DNA from: Takakia lepidozioides
Taxonomy: Eukaryota; Plantae; Bryophyta
Direction of reading: 5' to 3'
DNA length: 64,000 bases
NCBI GenBank assembly: GCA_030704615.1
Contig: CM060733.1
Coordinates: forward strand, 13,702,001 to 13,766,000
Part shown: positions 50,624 through 64,000 of the stretch, one piece after another
How positions within the stretch are numbered: the stretch's first letter is position 1
How the letters are laid out: each line of letters starts with the position of its first letter
The notes under the pieces: generated by a model
What the model was told of the DNA's origin: nothing
Databases searched by the model: none
Seen by the model: the letters and a program-made list of their open reading frames with translations, nothing else
Program-made: the position numbers and the translations under genes

Positions 50624-50933
50624 GATGGCATCTGGAAATATGTCATCTGGTGTGGGACTTGAGTCCGCAGTGTAATCGCAGGAGCGGGAGAGGAGATGAA
50701 TCGTGTTGGTGATGCCTGCGGTGTCTTGGGGGATTGTGTGGAGGGGTTAACTTAGATCGCGTGCTTTGATTGTGAGCTGCGGTTCTGCGTACATTGTGCT
50801 CTCCCCAACTGTTGTGCTTGCCCGGCTTGTCCATTGCATCAAACCAAAGCACATCGTGAGGGAGTGTTTGGAAGGACGTGGTAAAAGCAGCAATCGCCGA
50901 GGACGAGTCTGCCACAGATCGAAACCCATTCCA

Positions 50934-53900
50934 ATGGCAGAGCTTGCTGAGGGAGAAGAAAAGGGGACCAACTTAGGGCCACAAGCGGAGAAGCCTAGAG
51001 TGGTGCGTGTGAAGCGGAAACGAGAGCAGACACCCATTGAAGCTCTTTGTAAGTGTCGATTGTAGTATTTCGGAGGATTTAACGGTGCCTGGATCATGAA
51101 AAGTGGATCTTTCCTAGACGTTCGTTGTTGTAACTTCCTCGCATCAAATTCCAGGGCTGTTTTTTGGAGAAATCGTCTTAAGCTTCTCATATAATCTGGT
51201 CATTTGGATGAGCCATGAATGTGGCCGAAGCTCTAGTGGAATTACACACCCAAAACCCTGAACCCTCTGTCTTGCTGGGTCTTTTTCTCGAAGCAATGGC
51301 TGAATTATGTGATGCTTTGTCTAGTCTTGAACATACATTCGACTCCCAATCACGGCACCTGTGCATATCCATGCTTTGGGTGCTTTGGCATGAAAATGTT
51401 ATAGGACAGGAAACGATAGTGTCCACGTCGCGTCTCTCCCTTTCTTTCAGTGTGTTGTGTATTACTCAAGGGTGGGTGGGGAGCAGGGTTGGAGGTCAGT
51501 GGGCGACCAAGCAAGCGGCAGGAACCTGACATTAGCACCTTGACTGTGTCTACTCCATCGGCGTCTCTACTTCCACCAGGTAGGGTTGCTTCCCTTGGCC
51601 TCTCGAGGTGAATGTATTGGAGTTTTGGTTGCAGTTCTGGCGACCAAATATATTATCTTCTTCTGAAGTTTATCTGGTCTTTTATCTGCTTGTATCTCCT
51701 TGACCATATTATCCTTTGGGCTTTGTGTGTATACTAATTCAAGGTGATCAATGCCTGAGCAGTGTTTATGCTACTCATCTTATTGTTCTATGTATCTAAG
51801 GCTAACATGGTGTTGTGATTGGGTAAATTAGATGAAGAAATACCAACAAAGTTATTTTTCCGGAGGCTGGAAACGATCAGCCCTTCTGGCCTGAAGGAAT
51901 CATCCCTCCTTGCATCTCTATTGGTAAGCAACTTGATTTGCAAACAATTTTTCACGAGTCAGTGGCCTACTTTGCCTCTTCATCTTTGTCTGGCTTGCAA
52001 GATAGTCTTGAGACATTTCACACTGTAGCGTTCTGGGGGGTTGTTGTTAGTTGTCACCCCTTTGATTTGCCTTGCCATGAGGAGCTTAGATACAATGCTG
52101 TGGTACAATGGGTTCCTTACGTACATCTTCTCCATTATCTACTGTAAAATCTAATCCTGCAAGCTTAGGCCCGATTGGTATCCTCTCACGTTAAAAGCAC
52201 AGTCAAACCAACAATCTCATGAGAAATTCCAAGATACCAGCAGCAGGTTTGTCACAAAAAGTGAGGTTGGCAGTGTTGCGGGATCGAGAGTTTTATTTCA
52301 TTCAATTGTATTTTTTAGCTGTTGACATGACAGCTTGGATTTTGGTTGTGACATACAGCAAAAAGTGAATGACAAGAAGCAGACTTGGGAAGGACGGAAG
52401 GAGCAGCAGGAGGGTCGTGCTAAGAGCAAGGTGCAGTCTTAGATTCAACTCCTTTTGGCCTTGAAGTCATGGTCTGCGTGGTGGCTCATGGTTTTCAGAA
52501 TTGCAGTTGAAAGTAGGTTGGTTTGGACTGTTTCGCTGGAGGAGGATTTTTTGTATGTTGTAGATTGTTGTGTTGCTCAATTTTCTTTTTGGGTGAAGCA
52601 GGAGAAACAAGGGCAGCTGTTGGCTGCTGCTAAGGAACAGCATGAGGTACCTCCCTTTCTCTATGTGTATGTGTCTATCTCTCTGCCTTCAATTTTGTCG
52701 TTGAGTTCTAGCCCTTCTGTCTTCTCATCCTGTGAGTGGAAGCTCTGAAAGCAGCTGGCATAGTTTCCTCAGAAGCATAGGGTTGCAAGACTATGCTCCC
52801 CATTTTTTCAGGGGACGGTATGGCATGAAATCCATTCCTCTATCATGTAACGATGCACACGGCTTTTATGTTTGGACTGGAAGCTTGCTGGGCCCATGGT
52901 TGCAGACTTCTGCCTGGTAGTGTCTGCAGACAAAAGGCCAAGTGTACGTTTTTTTCAAATGTATTCGTGTCTGTATGCTCTGCATATGGAATCCTGCAGG
53001 CAGCTGCAAGGGCAGCGCGTTTTGAGCAAGTGTGGAAAAGTCGAAGGAAGCTTGGAAAGGCATCTCATGATGGCGCTGCGGATGATGCTATGAGTGAACT
53101 GTTCCATCTCTATGATGTGGTCCGCCTGGACGAAACTGAGGATAGAGAAAGGACTTCTCAAGAGGAGCAGGCGAAAAGGTTGAGTTTCAATCTCACTGAT
53201 GATAATTGTGGTTGGCTCAGTATGACATCATTTGTAGGCAAGCTACTTTTACATTCCACCCTACTAGCGGTGTTGGCCAAAGTTTGCTGTTGATGGCATC
53301 TGCCCACATTCCTTGAGTTCCATGGTGAGGTGTCATTTGGACATCCATAAAAGACACCGATGATACTTAATGTGCAGGAAAGCTGCAGTTGCAGATGGTG
53401 CACTCCTTTCTATTTATCTTCCATTGTTGCGCGAGTGCCTCCCTGATGTGGCAGCAGATCTTGAGACAGATATAGCCTCCCTACACACCGAGCAGACAGG
53501 TGCTTTGTCTCTTTCTCTCTCTTTCCTTGAGCTCTTTTCTCTTTCTGTTGGAGAAAAAGGGGAGCACGCCCCAGATCAACTGTTCCATCACCACCTTTGC
53601 AAGCCCAGAAATGCAAGCCCCGGGAGGGCCGAGGGACAGAATTAGCTGGAAGATGAGCCTTCGCCTTATTTCTGCAGATGTTTTTATGCGTTGCTATGAG
53701 ATGCCATTTAAAGCAACTGTGGTGTGTGCAGAGGACTATGTGTATGATGTATATACAGTTGAGGAGAACACCAGTACAAATGAGTGTGATGGAGAATCCT
53801 ACCACCCCACGTGAGTTGAAGGCCTCCAGAGTTGCCCCCTCCCCCCTTCCTCTTCCACTGTTAATTATTGAATGGTATTACAAAACACACTCTGTGCAGA

Positions 53901-54671
53901 CCATGCTTGTTTTTGTCAACTATGCTGGGAATTCAAGCATGTGATATCCCAAGTTTTTTATATCATGTTTGGCATGGTGCCTTCAGTAGGGACCAAAGCA
54001 GGTCGACTGCAATGTCCTTGAAATTGCTTTTGTTGCACTTTTGGACACCCTTAGCAAGCACCGCTGAGCTTATCTTTCAGTGAAACAACCCTGGGATTTC
54101 CTTGAATTTTGGTCAGTTAGTTTCATTCAGCTAACTTCGTGGACAAGTATTTGGCCATTGAGCATATATCTATAACTGATCTGTAACTACCCAACTTCTT
54201 AGCTCAACACATTTTGACTAACAGTCTTCAGTGTTTACATATTATATTTAGCACCACTCTAAATATATACCAATGCTTGTTACAATCATGGTTGGGGGAG
54301 CAGGGTGCAAATAGTGGAGGACGACGAATATGATTGGAGGGAACCCAAGGGATCTGACTATGATAGTCAGGATTCCAATGGTATGCTCTGTCAGTGCCCT
54401 TTTATGTTTTTGGTGCTCAGGGGGGGGAGAGAGGTGGGGATACTGGATAAGGCCTTTGACCTGAAACTTTTTGGGATTGCCTCATCAATTTGCAGATGAG
54501 AACAACCCCCTCAATGACTATCCAGATGAAGATGAGTCTGGAGACAATTTGGAGGACACAAGCAGCCAAAGCGATGACTTTGAGGATTTTGATCCCTATG
54601 CCTCAAATGAGGAAGAACATGACATGGAGGCCAATAACCGAGAAGAAATGCAATGGTGCCGCCGCCTATAG
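50934..54671 (+). CDS. RDM4: RNA-directed DNA methylation 4 / DMS4 (Iwr1 family), multi-exon
   Basis: EKPRVVRVKRKREQTPIEAL(W)LEV..RPSKR, FFRRLETI, ARFEQVWKSRR, FHLYDVVRLD, YLPLLRECLPDVAADLE, DYVYDVY and Iwr1-type SDYDSQDSN(D)ENNPLNDYPDED, with GT-AG exon boundaries. Confidence 0.88.
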
Positions 54672-57200
54672 CCCAGCAAGATATTTATTACATGACTTTT
54701 TACTCATTACGGCAATTTCTTGAGCCCAGTGGTTCAGAAATGTGGCAGCAACCATTGGTTTTTGTCCTCACCAGCAAGGTTCATTCCAAAATCGCTCCAA
54801 GGCATTGTAGCCTACCAGACTGGGTGAACTTGTCAAATCTTTTCTCTTTTTGTTGTTGGAAGAACCTACTGACTTTTTCCCTTTGTATTTTGGAGGACCT
54901 TATTCGGCTCCAACTGCGGGCGTAAGAACTCACGCCGAAGGTCCGGCTGGATCTTAGGGCCTTCATCTTTTTTTCTCTGTCATTTATTTTATTTCTAAGA
55001 ATCTCAGCCATCCACCTCTGGAAAGAACGAAAGAACCCTTTGCGTCTTTCAGTCCCCCACTTCGGACCCACGCCCCACCTTGGTCTTCGGGTCAGACTCC
55101 CTCCGGCTACTCCCCTCACACTACCGGGGGGACTTCCCCTATGCGGAAGTCAGTTAGGGGCTTACAGAGTTCAGAAGGTATTGATTGGGGACAGGTTGGT
55201 TTTTTACACGGCCTGACTCGGCCCTTACCTCGGCTCTTCACTTATCTCAAGCAAACTCGAGCATATCTTTGACATTTACTAAGGGCACATCACTGAAGTA
55301 ACAACTAACACCTGGCATTGCTAGTGTGCACGAGCAGGGGGAGTAAAATTTGCTTAACATTTCTGGCAATTTAACATTCATCCAGGGTGGCACGTAGCAT
55401 AAAGTTGACCTTGGCACAAGTAGCGACACACGTGCAGGTAAGAGCAAGGGACGGAATGATGTCAGGTAATAAGGTAAAGCGCAGTAACCTAAAAACTGAG
55501 CGATGGAATGTTGGGCCGTCTTTCGCGGCAAACCGGCTACTGGCAGTCACATAATAGCGCGTGCCATCAGTCGCCATGGAAAGCGCCCTGCCGCGTGGCC
55601 ACCGGCTGCCGGCTACTACAGGTGGCAGCCTTCGCGCGTTCCGGTGGGACATTGTCCGCTGTCGGATAGCACAATGGCGGTAGATCTGTGCCGTTGAAGC
55701 GGCACTCGAGCAGCGTTGTGGTTCCGCCATAGCCAGGACTCGGATCGCGTTTGGACGGGGACTGCCTTCCGTGAGAGAGTCGTCCCGGCGTTGCTGCTGA
55801 TGTAGGGATCTGACACCATCTGTTCCCGCTTGTATAAAACCTGCTAGTTTACATACAGAGAGTGAGAGTGAGGGAGACGGATGATGTGATTGCATTTCCT
55901 CCGGTGTTTCCAACTGCACAGGTTGTAGACATCATCCCTGATTATTATGCACGCAAACACTTGTGGAGTCTTTGTAGGGTGAAGTTGTCCTCATGGATTC
56001 TGCTGTACGAAAGCTTTGTCTCTGAATTTTGGATATGCTGGACTTGCCACACTTTGTACGAGAGATGACGAAGTAGTGGAGTAATCACGTCGACGAAGGA
56101 CAGGTTATTAGGTTTTTGTGGTTCGGACTTGTCTTGGCAATCCATCTGCTATTAGATTCGGAAGGGCGAACGGAAGAGCTGTCAGGCAGTGTCGGATTGC
56201 CAGGTTTGGGTCGTCGTACGAGAGATCGTAGCTGGTAAATGATGGAAACGCCGACGAGTGTTGCAACGCGATACCTCAACAGCCATGGCTAGTTTTAGGT
56301 TCCCTCTCCCTCGTCCAAGAAATGGTTGGATCTTGGAAGACAAACTTGCAACGTTGCTGCTTCTGCGTCTGGAAGGCCGTCTTGTTCTCACTTGAGAGGT
56401 AGATTTCGATCTTTTCTTTATCCTGCCTCCCTCTTTGAACACGAGGATACGACACAGAGCTCTTCCCTTTTTGTTGGGTCTACTGGACGGATGCAGTTTT
56501 TTTGTCGATAAGTGTCGCGACGATGGAAGGGGTGGGCCTCATATATGCGAATCACACCCCTTCTTGTTCAGGGAGCTGTGATGCAATTTATGGTTGTTTA
56601 CAGTTCGAGATTTCGGGTTCTGTAGGAGAAGGAGACACGTTGTGCAGCCTAATTACTAGGATAATGTCCTTCCATAGGGAATTAAGGGGTTATTGCCATT
56701 GTGGGAGGGACTGTAACCCATTACAGTGCTTAAGAGCATGGCTCTTGGATTGGCAACAGCTGGTGTAATGCCAATTTAAATGGCCAGTTTAAAAAAATTG
56801 CTAGTAGATGTAAGCTGAGATCGCAAGCACCTGTACTGATGTGAATCGATCAAAGGTGGTGGTGTACGCTTGCTGCATCTTCTGTTGTGGAGGTTGTTCT
56901 TGTTCTCTGTGATCTTTGTGAAATTCAGGTTTACTCTACATGTTTAAAAGGTCACATGCTTGATCTTACCTGCCCTGCATCTTCTCTTTCCAGGGTCCAA
57001 CTTAAGATTGGCTGTTCAGAGGTGGGGCACATCGCAAGAAAGGAAACTTGACTTAAGCCATTCTCTTATGAGCAAGGCAAAATCTTCTCAACAGATCGAT
57101 AACCTCGTACAGAACCCTAATCCGCTCGAAGGGAGAGAGGTCTTCATCATCTACCGAAACACAAAGAGGATTGATGTTAGGTGTCTGAGGCACTTTCCTG

Positions 57201-60200
57201 ATGTCGCGTATACTTATATGCCCATGCCTTCGGCCCAAAACGAAAGATGAGAGCAACAATTTTCAAGTTTCAGGTGAGCAGTCCTGCCTTGCCTTTGGAA
57301 TGTGTATGAGGAGATGAAGATCTTGATTGTCCAACTGAATAGGACATAGACGTCTTGGTCAAAAATGAACTGTCTCACTGGCAAATGGATCAGAGTGTCA
57401 GTTCATCCTATTTTTTCTAATAGAGGGATGTTTTGCCTGTGGAAAATCTATACAATATTAGGAAATCTGTCAGAAAAGGTCTGATGACATGTCACGAGGA
57501 GCTCAAACATACTGCCAGCTTATTGGGTGTTTGATGTCAATGCAAAATTAGTAGCCTTGGACAACGGTAGAGAGGCCTTTCCTTTTAGTCTTGAAACAGT
57601 ATCCTGGTTGTCTTGAACATATCTCTCTTATAATGGCATGTGAGCATAGTGTGAATCTGAATGTGAAGTTCTAATATTGATGGTGTTGGTTTTGTTGTGG
57701 TGTGTCATACAGTGCACGCTGATTTCACTTCTCAGGAAGGGTCTTTCCAGTCAGCTCTACATGGCCTCCATTCCTTCTCAAACCATGACTTACCACCGAA
57801 GAGCGCAGGAGCCCTAACATTTACCATGGCTGAGCTTAGCAGAGTGACATCAAATTTCTCTCCATCGCATAAGATTGGGCAAGGAGGATTTGGGATGGTC
57901 TACAGAGGCAAGCTCAAGGATGGCAGAACTGTTGCTATCAAAAGAGCCAAGAAGGTCCCTGCTATCTGTCCAGCTACATTCCTTGGTTCTAGGCAATTTC
58001 CTGAATGAGGAAATGAGAGGGGTTGGGTGTGTAATAAGGGCAGTTGCTAGTACGGCTGTAATGTGGGAGATAGAGCGAGTTCCTTTCTGTCTTAGTAGGG
58101 CTGTGTGAACCTCTGTTAGGGGTTCAGACAAATCTAGATTTGATGCCACAAGTATAGACACTGCAGCTTAGAGTGCCCAGTCACAATCTACCTTGGGAGG
58201 CTTCCTCTCATGGGATATGTTGTGATGACTCCTGCATAGATAGACTCCATATGGATACATCCCTCCCCACCGCACCCCACCCCACCCCCCCACTAAAGTA
58301 ACAGACTAAAAATAAAAATACGAAATCACTTTTCTGAAAGTATGGGGGAATGATGGTTGGCAGGATGCATTTGAGAAGCGGCTGTCAGTTGAGTTCCAGA
58401 CTGAGGTTGACACGCTATCTCAGGTGGATCACTTGAATTTGGTGAAGCTCATAGGTTTCGTGGAGGAAGAGCGTGAGCGTATTTTAGTAGTGGAGTACGT
58501 GGCTAATGGAAACCTTCGAGAACACCTTGATGGTACACTCCCTACATACATAGGTATGGATCTGGACACATTTTCCACTCTTATGCATGTTCTGTCTCTG
58601 TCACACACGCAGGGTACACATACCTGCCTTAGTGCACATTCTTAAAAGAAAGTGGTTTAGTAGGATGGGTAGGTTATGATCTAGCTCTGCAACACCTCCT
58701 GGGGCAAGCAGTGATTACCTTGACAAGTTGTTGCTGTTAAGGATCTCTGATCGCACTGCCATGCAAAGGCCCACTCTTTTGACGTCTAGCTGGACGGTGT
58801 CTAAATTGGGAGCAATAGATTAGTATGAACTGTGCTTACAGCAAAAATGCATTTGGTCCCTGGAGAAGTTGACAAGTGATATCTCTCGGTTCGTACAAGG
58901 ATTTAACAGTCCACTGCCTGAGCACCAAATACACAAGATGATGGCTCTATCTGCAATTGTGTGAGGGACGGTAGCCTCCCTCATTCTTTCAACTTGTTAA
59001 GTGGTCTCCAGAAGTTTGGCAACAGGGCATTTGAACACTGAGTCACCTCTGATGGCAGCGGACTTGTTGGCTGGGTGCAGGTCAGAACGGACTTGCTCTG
59101 GACATGAGTACACGATTGGATATTGCTATTGACGTCGCCCATGCTCTCACCTATCTCCATCTCTATGCTGGTAGGTCTGATGTCTCGAGCAAGTAACCTT
59201 TGGTATCATGCCATGTGATGTCTTGTGATTGATGAACATTTGTTTCTTGTCAGTGTTGGGACAAGGGCTTATTTCTGCAAGTTCACACTGTCATCACTTT
59301 GTGACAGTAGATGTTGTATTGAGTAAAAGCAAACAGACAGTAAGGAATCCCAGTTTCCCAGTGGAAGGTGCTGAAATGTTTCTTTCTCTTATGCAGATAG
59401 ACCCATCATCCATAGAGACGTCAAGTCTTCCAACATACTACTTACAGAAACATTCCGTGCAAAGGTCGCAGATTTTGGGTTCTCCCGTGTGGGCCCATCA
59501 ACTGATGTTGGGGCAACCCATGTCTCCACCCAAGTGAAGGGTACAGCAGGTTACTTGGACCCTGAATATCTGACCACGTATCAACTGAACACAAAAAGCG
59601 ATGTTTACTCTTTTGGCATTCTGCTGGTAGAGATTTTCACAGGAAGGCGCCCAATAGAGCTGAGGAGGGCTAGTGACGAGCGCGTCACTGTGAGATGGGT
59701 AGGAAGCCTGAGTATGCATTATTGGAGCTCTTTTTCTTCTGTTTTTTTTATGGTATGGAAGGGCTTGCCCCTAGAGTAAGCTTTTATGAACCATAACATA
59801 TTATCATAGCTTTGGCAAGGCAAGAAATGCCCTCACAATCAGCAACCAGATGAGCTTTCTTAGTGCTGCCTACCACAGTATGGTGGTGGAACTAATCACC
59901 TTCACTACCTAGAGCTTCCCTCTCACCCGCTCTCGCTTGGATTCATGAAGGACTCTGCAAATGTGTGCAAGTATGTGCAAGGATGGAAGCTGCATGTGGG
60001 ACACCACAGCTGTATCCGTCAGCCTGCATGATAACCTTACTTGCCAAAGAATTGAATCAAAACACTGTCATACACATTTTCCTTTGAGCATGAAGTGGTA
60101 TTATCTCTTTTCTGACATCCCACTCATGGAAGGAATTGGTTGTATTCCAGGCCTTCAAGAAGTTTGTGGAGGGGAAGGTGATAGATATCTTGGATCCAAG

Positions 60201-60480
60201 GATAGAGAGGACGCCAGCAGCAATTGGAGTTATGGACCGCCTGGCTGAACTAGCATTTGCTTGTTCAGCACCCACAAAGGCTGACCGGCCTAGCATGAAA
60301 AAGGCTGCAGAAGTTCTCTGTTACATTAGAAAAGATTACCTTGCAGCACATCAGCAAGCTGAGAATCTGAAGGCTGATAAGGTTTCAAGTAGTAGAAATG
60401 AGAGCTTAAAAATCCCCTCAACCCGATCATCTTTTGATGGATCTGTGAAAGATAGAGACCGACGGCGTGGTAGCAGGTAG
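57201..60480 (+). CDS. CRCK-type (RLCK-IV, CRCK3-like) receptor-like protein kinase, multi-exon; true start may lie upstream (~56480)
   Basis: [118 protein letters not shown] and RPSM. Confidence 0.88.
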
Positions 60481-62212
60481 CTTTCATTTTGGCAGAGAAG
60501 TTCAGTAGGAACTACTGCCAGGTTAGGGATGAGTTTGATGGAATAGCAAACTTTAGGAAAGTGTAGAAGATGAATGTGCAGTAGTTGGGGATTGTGTCCA
60601 AGCTGATGAAGTTTTTCTTAGCTTCTGTAGGAGCTTGATTGAAGATGAGGTAGTGTGTGGGGTTTGCAGGAAGTTTGCTTAATGCCTTCTGTTGGGCAGC
60701 AGCCAGTTTATACTCGAAGAGTTAGTGTTTCTTGTTTGCAGAAATGAAAGGAGGCCTATTGGGCTCCTGAGATGTACTCATTGGGATTGGGTTCTGTTTG
60801 CTTTAGTCAGGGGGTCTGAGAGAACTCAAGTTGGAGTGAAGAAATATTTCATATTGTCCATGACGAGTCATGGAAAGTAAGGATTGGCAAGAGATTGAAG
60901 TTTCTCGATCTAGCAAGTGATGGGATTGGCGATGTTGGCATACATTCTATGATAGGGATAAAGGGAAAGCTTAGGCAACAGTTTTTTCAAGCTCAGCGTA
61001 TGTCAAGGGATCTGCAGGATTAAGAGTTTCTCTGGGGCCACATGAGCATAGTTGGCAGGCCAAGCTGATGAGCCACAACAGAGAGAACACGTCAAAAATT
61101 GGCTGCCTGCCGTTTGCTTCATCCCAAGTTTTTTGAGGGGAGATTGGTAAAACTTCGTGACAAGGTCCAAGCAAGTGTTGGGTGGTTCTTGTTTTTTTAA
61201 GGAACATCCGTCTAGTTATTTTTATAAATGCAGATCCTGTTCCAGGCACTGATATGTACAATAAAAAAACAGATGGATGCTAAATCTAGAACGCTTCGTG
61301 CAACAAGTGAGTCTTGCTATGAATGGGCATGTACTCTTGGAGACCGCAGTCACGGTTATGGTCATTGCTGGGCTCCTCAAAATTGCTCGAAGAAGAAAGC
61401 ACTAGAACGGGAGGACGTCCAGCAATAGGAGGAGCATCAGAATCTTGCAGACGATTTGTAATATTTGTGTACCTATGCTCCTACAAACGAGTAGACGGTG
61501 TAGAAACATCGTAGAATATACACGCCACATCAACCATCTGTAAGTCGTTATGTCTGATTATGCACTTCCAGATTGCATCAAACCTCTGCAAATCCATACC
61601 ACTGTTATGAAATGGAACAATCCACCCTGCAGTCAGGTGGCAAAGAAGAAGACAAGTAAGTAGGCATCTTGTATTTAGACCACATCTGAGTTCGCTGTAC
61701 AATGTTTTGATGGGTCAAATATACACGGGTTTTTGCTGCGAAGGCGTCGTACATAATGTATTGTTCCATACCCTCGTTGATTTCATCACCTATGACATTG
61801 GACTGCACAAATTGAAAATTGGGTTCGTCCCTATTTTTCATGCAATATCTAGGCTTTCATGTAGTATCCAACCATTCCAATATATGTATGTAGGCCTCTC
61901 TCTCTCATGAACTTGGAATGCAAGACGTCACTATGTGGCGCCAATCTCGGGTCATCCCATCCTAGGTGTTTTTAATTTATTTATTAAGCATCACCAATCC
62001 ATTGCACCACATATACTGTCTATATACCAGTTTGTGCCCATAGCACATATCATTTCTCAATGCGAAATTCACCGCCGCCGCTATAGGTTTAGGGTTTCTG
62101 GCTACACTACTGAAGGTTTTGCCTCGCTGAGTTGGCGCAGATGTATCGTACAAATGCCCCAAAAACTATACCCATTTATAGTTTTATTCCGTTTTGAAAA
62201 CGTATAATTCAT

Positions 62213-62421
62213 ATGACCGAGGTTTAAAAACATAAAACTCCCATGGCTGTGGGTTGTGCTCACGTGAGCATGCTCACGCTGTGCTCACAGGATACCAACC
62301 CCCCTTATTTGGGGTGGTGGTTGGTATCGTGTGAGCACAGCGCGAGCAAGGGAAAAAAGACCATGTGAGCACAATCCACGGTTATAGGAATAATATGTTT
62401 GAAAATGGAAATACAAGTCAT
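62213..62421. mobile_element. Small foldback, MITE-like element
   Basis: GTGGGTTGTGCTCAC...CTGTGCTCACAGGATACCAACC is mirrored by GGTTGGTATCGTGTGAGCACAG...GTGAGCACAATCCAC. Confidence 0.55.
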
Positions 62422-62934
62422 AGGCAGACATAGGGTACTTCAACATCACTAGGGTTAGATACATGCTCTTTGAAGGGATTTATATATTTGTACGGTTCGA
62501 AACATTCACATGAAATTCTTGGAAGAAAAAAAGTTAACTATATATTTTTTTTGTTCTTACCACTGTTGTGCGGGTATCAGAATTTTAGTATACCAGGCAT
62601 GGTAGGTTTTGGAGGGGTGCTTTGTTTTTTAGTGGTTTTTTAACCTGGTATCATTCTAAGTATTGCAGATTTGCAAATATTCATTCAAACTTGCAAATAG
62701 TATATAAGTATTTCCCTTAGATACATCATTTTTCTTAGTATTAGTTGAATATCAACACGGGTATCAATACTTTCCATCACCGTCAAGTATAAATGCACCA
62801 AATTGAACGTAGATTTCATTCTTGAACCTAGTTTTGGGCAATGCAAACCATACCCAATCCAAAGTGAAAGATGAAACATGACAAACAAAACATGCAATTT
62901 TCACAAGATCACACAAAAGATTATACACACATGA

Positions 62935-63365
62935 GGGGCAGAATGTGTCCCAGGGGCTGTGCTGATCAGCCCAAAACCAATGGCCAGCTTCTCACTGTGG
63001 TGGCATTGCTCCTCCCCCATATCTTGCAATAAAAAGTGATGTTAGGCACATACCATGCCTCCTTCATCTGCTCAGACAATTGTCTCAGCTCAGCATGGAT
63101 TTCCGCAACTTTTGGATGCAATTTGTCACCTGCAACAAAGGTGTGCACCCTCTGGTCAACCTCAATGCAACAGTGACCTGGCTCCTTTCTAACCCCTCTT
63201 ACCTCCATCATATTTCTCACCTTTGCACTATCATCCACCTGCCGGCTGCGGGCATAGATGTTTGATAGCAAAACATAAGTCTCAGCGTCCTGTTCATCCC
63301 ACTTGAGAATAGAGGTTGCCGCACGTTCAGCCATCTCCACATTGGAATGGAATCCGCAGGCATCG
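62935..63365 (-). pseudogene. PPR E/E+/DYW C-terminal fragment (RNA-editing factor type)
   Basis: YVLLSNIYA, VRNMM..RGVRKEPG..CIEV...VHTFVAGD..HP, MKEA.YVP and, after a frameshift, HSEKLAIGFGLIST.PGT. Truncated at both ends. Confidence 0.9.
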
Positions 63366-63727
63366 CCCTAGGGAAAAACCTCACAAAGATGAATTGATCG
63401 TGAAATGATCTATGAATATACAAGAGTCAACTTTAGTGTTACTGTTTATCCTTGTTTGTGAGACATCTCGTGCATTGGCATGTCATGGGTCTGGGGTTCA
63501 AGGACAAACAAATTTATCCCCTCATAAACCGCGAAGTTGTGGGCCCAACGGTTATGGGAGAGTAGGGTTTCAAGGAGATAACCTGCAGGCGACAGTCAAG
63601 GCGGGTCGAGCCCCGGTCATCAACATTTACACGTCATCAAGAGAGCATGGTATAAGGTGGCCCAGTTACTAAGAAATCTTGAGATTTAGGATATCAAGTG
63701 GACTAGCCGGGTCTTTCAAAATTCAAG

Positions 63728-63751
63728 ATATATATATATATATATATATAT
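63728..63751. repeat. (TA)n microsatellite
   Basis: Direct reading of the sequence. Confidence 0.9.
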
Positions 63752-64000
63752 TTATCCGATCAAATATCAGGTGGGGTTTTGATGTTGGATTCAATACCCC
63801 CCAATAGTGGGCGCAACCTTCTCAAACATTACTACAAAGAACCCTCTCCCCATTGTAAGACAAGAAAGTTGTAGGTTGAGGTGACCCTCTCTCCCAAGAT
63901 GTGGCAATGACGCATTCTCTCACCCAGTTTGCAATATCTTTATGGTGTCTATTGAGGAAATGCAACAAGACTTATATTTGTCTTCACTGTCTAACTGTGG

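Noticed and set aside
50038-50712. ORFs spanning poly-X
   Set aside because: Artefact of the N gap.
50934-54671. Functional link between RDM4 (RdDM factor) and the nearby MTase-carrying MULE
   Set aside because: They are separated by >12 kb of other TEs and an assembly gap. Proximity alone is no evidence.
61480-61860. Possible Ulp1-like protease remnant (DG*CGVYIL on the minus strand)
   Set aside because: Only one short degenerate motif with several stops, which is insufficient support.
62935-63365. DYW fragment as the direct 3' continuation of the PPR fragment at 14488-15148
   Set aside because: On the minus strand it lies upstream rather than downstream, 48 kb away across a gap and two intact genes. 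It is more likely a separate paralog.

Overview
This is eukaryotic, intron-containing land-plant DNA. The PPR-DYW, DUF659-type hAT and PHD-bearing Gypsy content suggests a non-seed plant (inference). Bases 1-50,123 are a nested transposon and pseudogene field containing decayed aldo-keto reductase, LACS6/7-like and PPR-DYW fragments, LINE, Copia, hAT, Gypsy, MITE and SINE pieces. After a 500-N gap come two host genes: RDM4/DMS4 (Iwr1 family) and a CRCK-type receptor-like kinase. The standout feature is a complete Mutator-like element of about 14.5 kb (23938-38415) with a perfect 9-bp TSD (AATCAGCTG) and TIRs. It carries two divergent genes. One is a GCM/WRKY-like + DDE + SWIM transposase on the minus strand. 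The other is a 10-exon, ~1,490-aa plus-strand gene fusing a ParB/Srx-like domain (DGNHR) to a beta-class DNA amino-methyltransferase (6mA/4mC-type) domain. The non-coding parts of the element (subterminal, intergenic, one intron) are filled with tandem arrays of one palindrome, GGAAATTCGGCGCCGAATTTCC, arranged around a central hairpin with ~216-bp arms. This is a candidate transposon-encoded self-marking or anti-silencing system. All domain calls come from motif recognition by eye; no searches were run.
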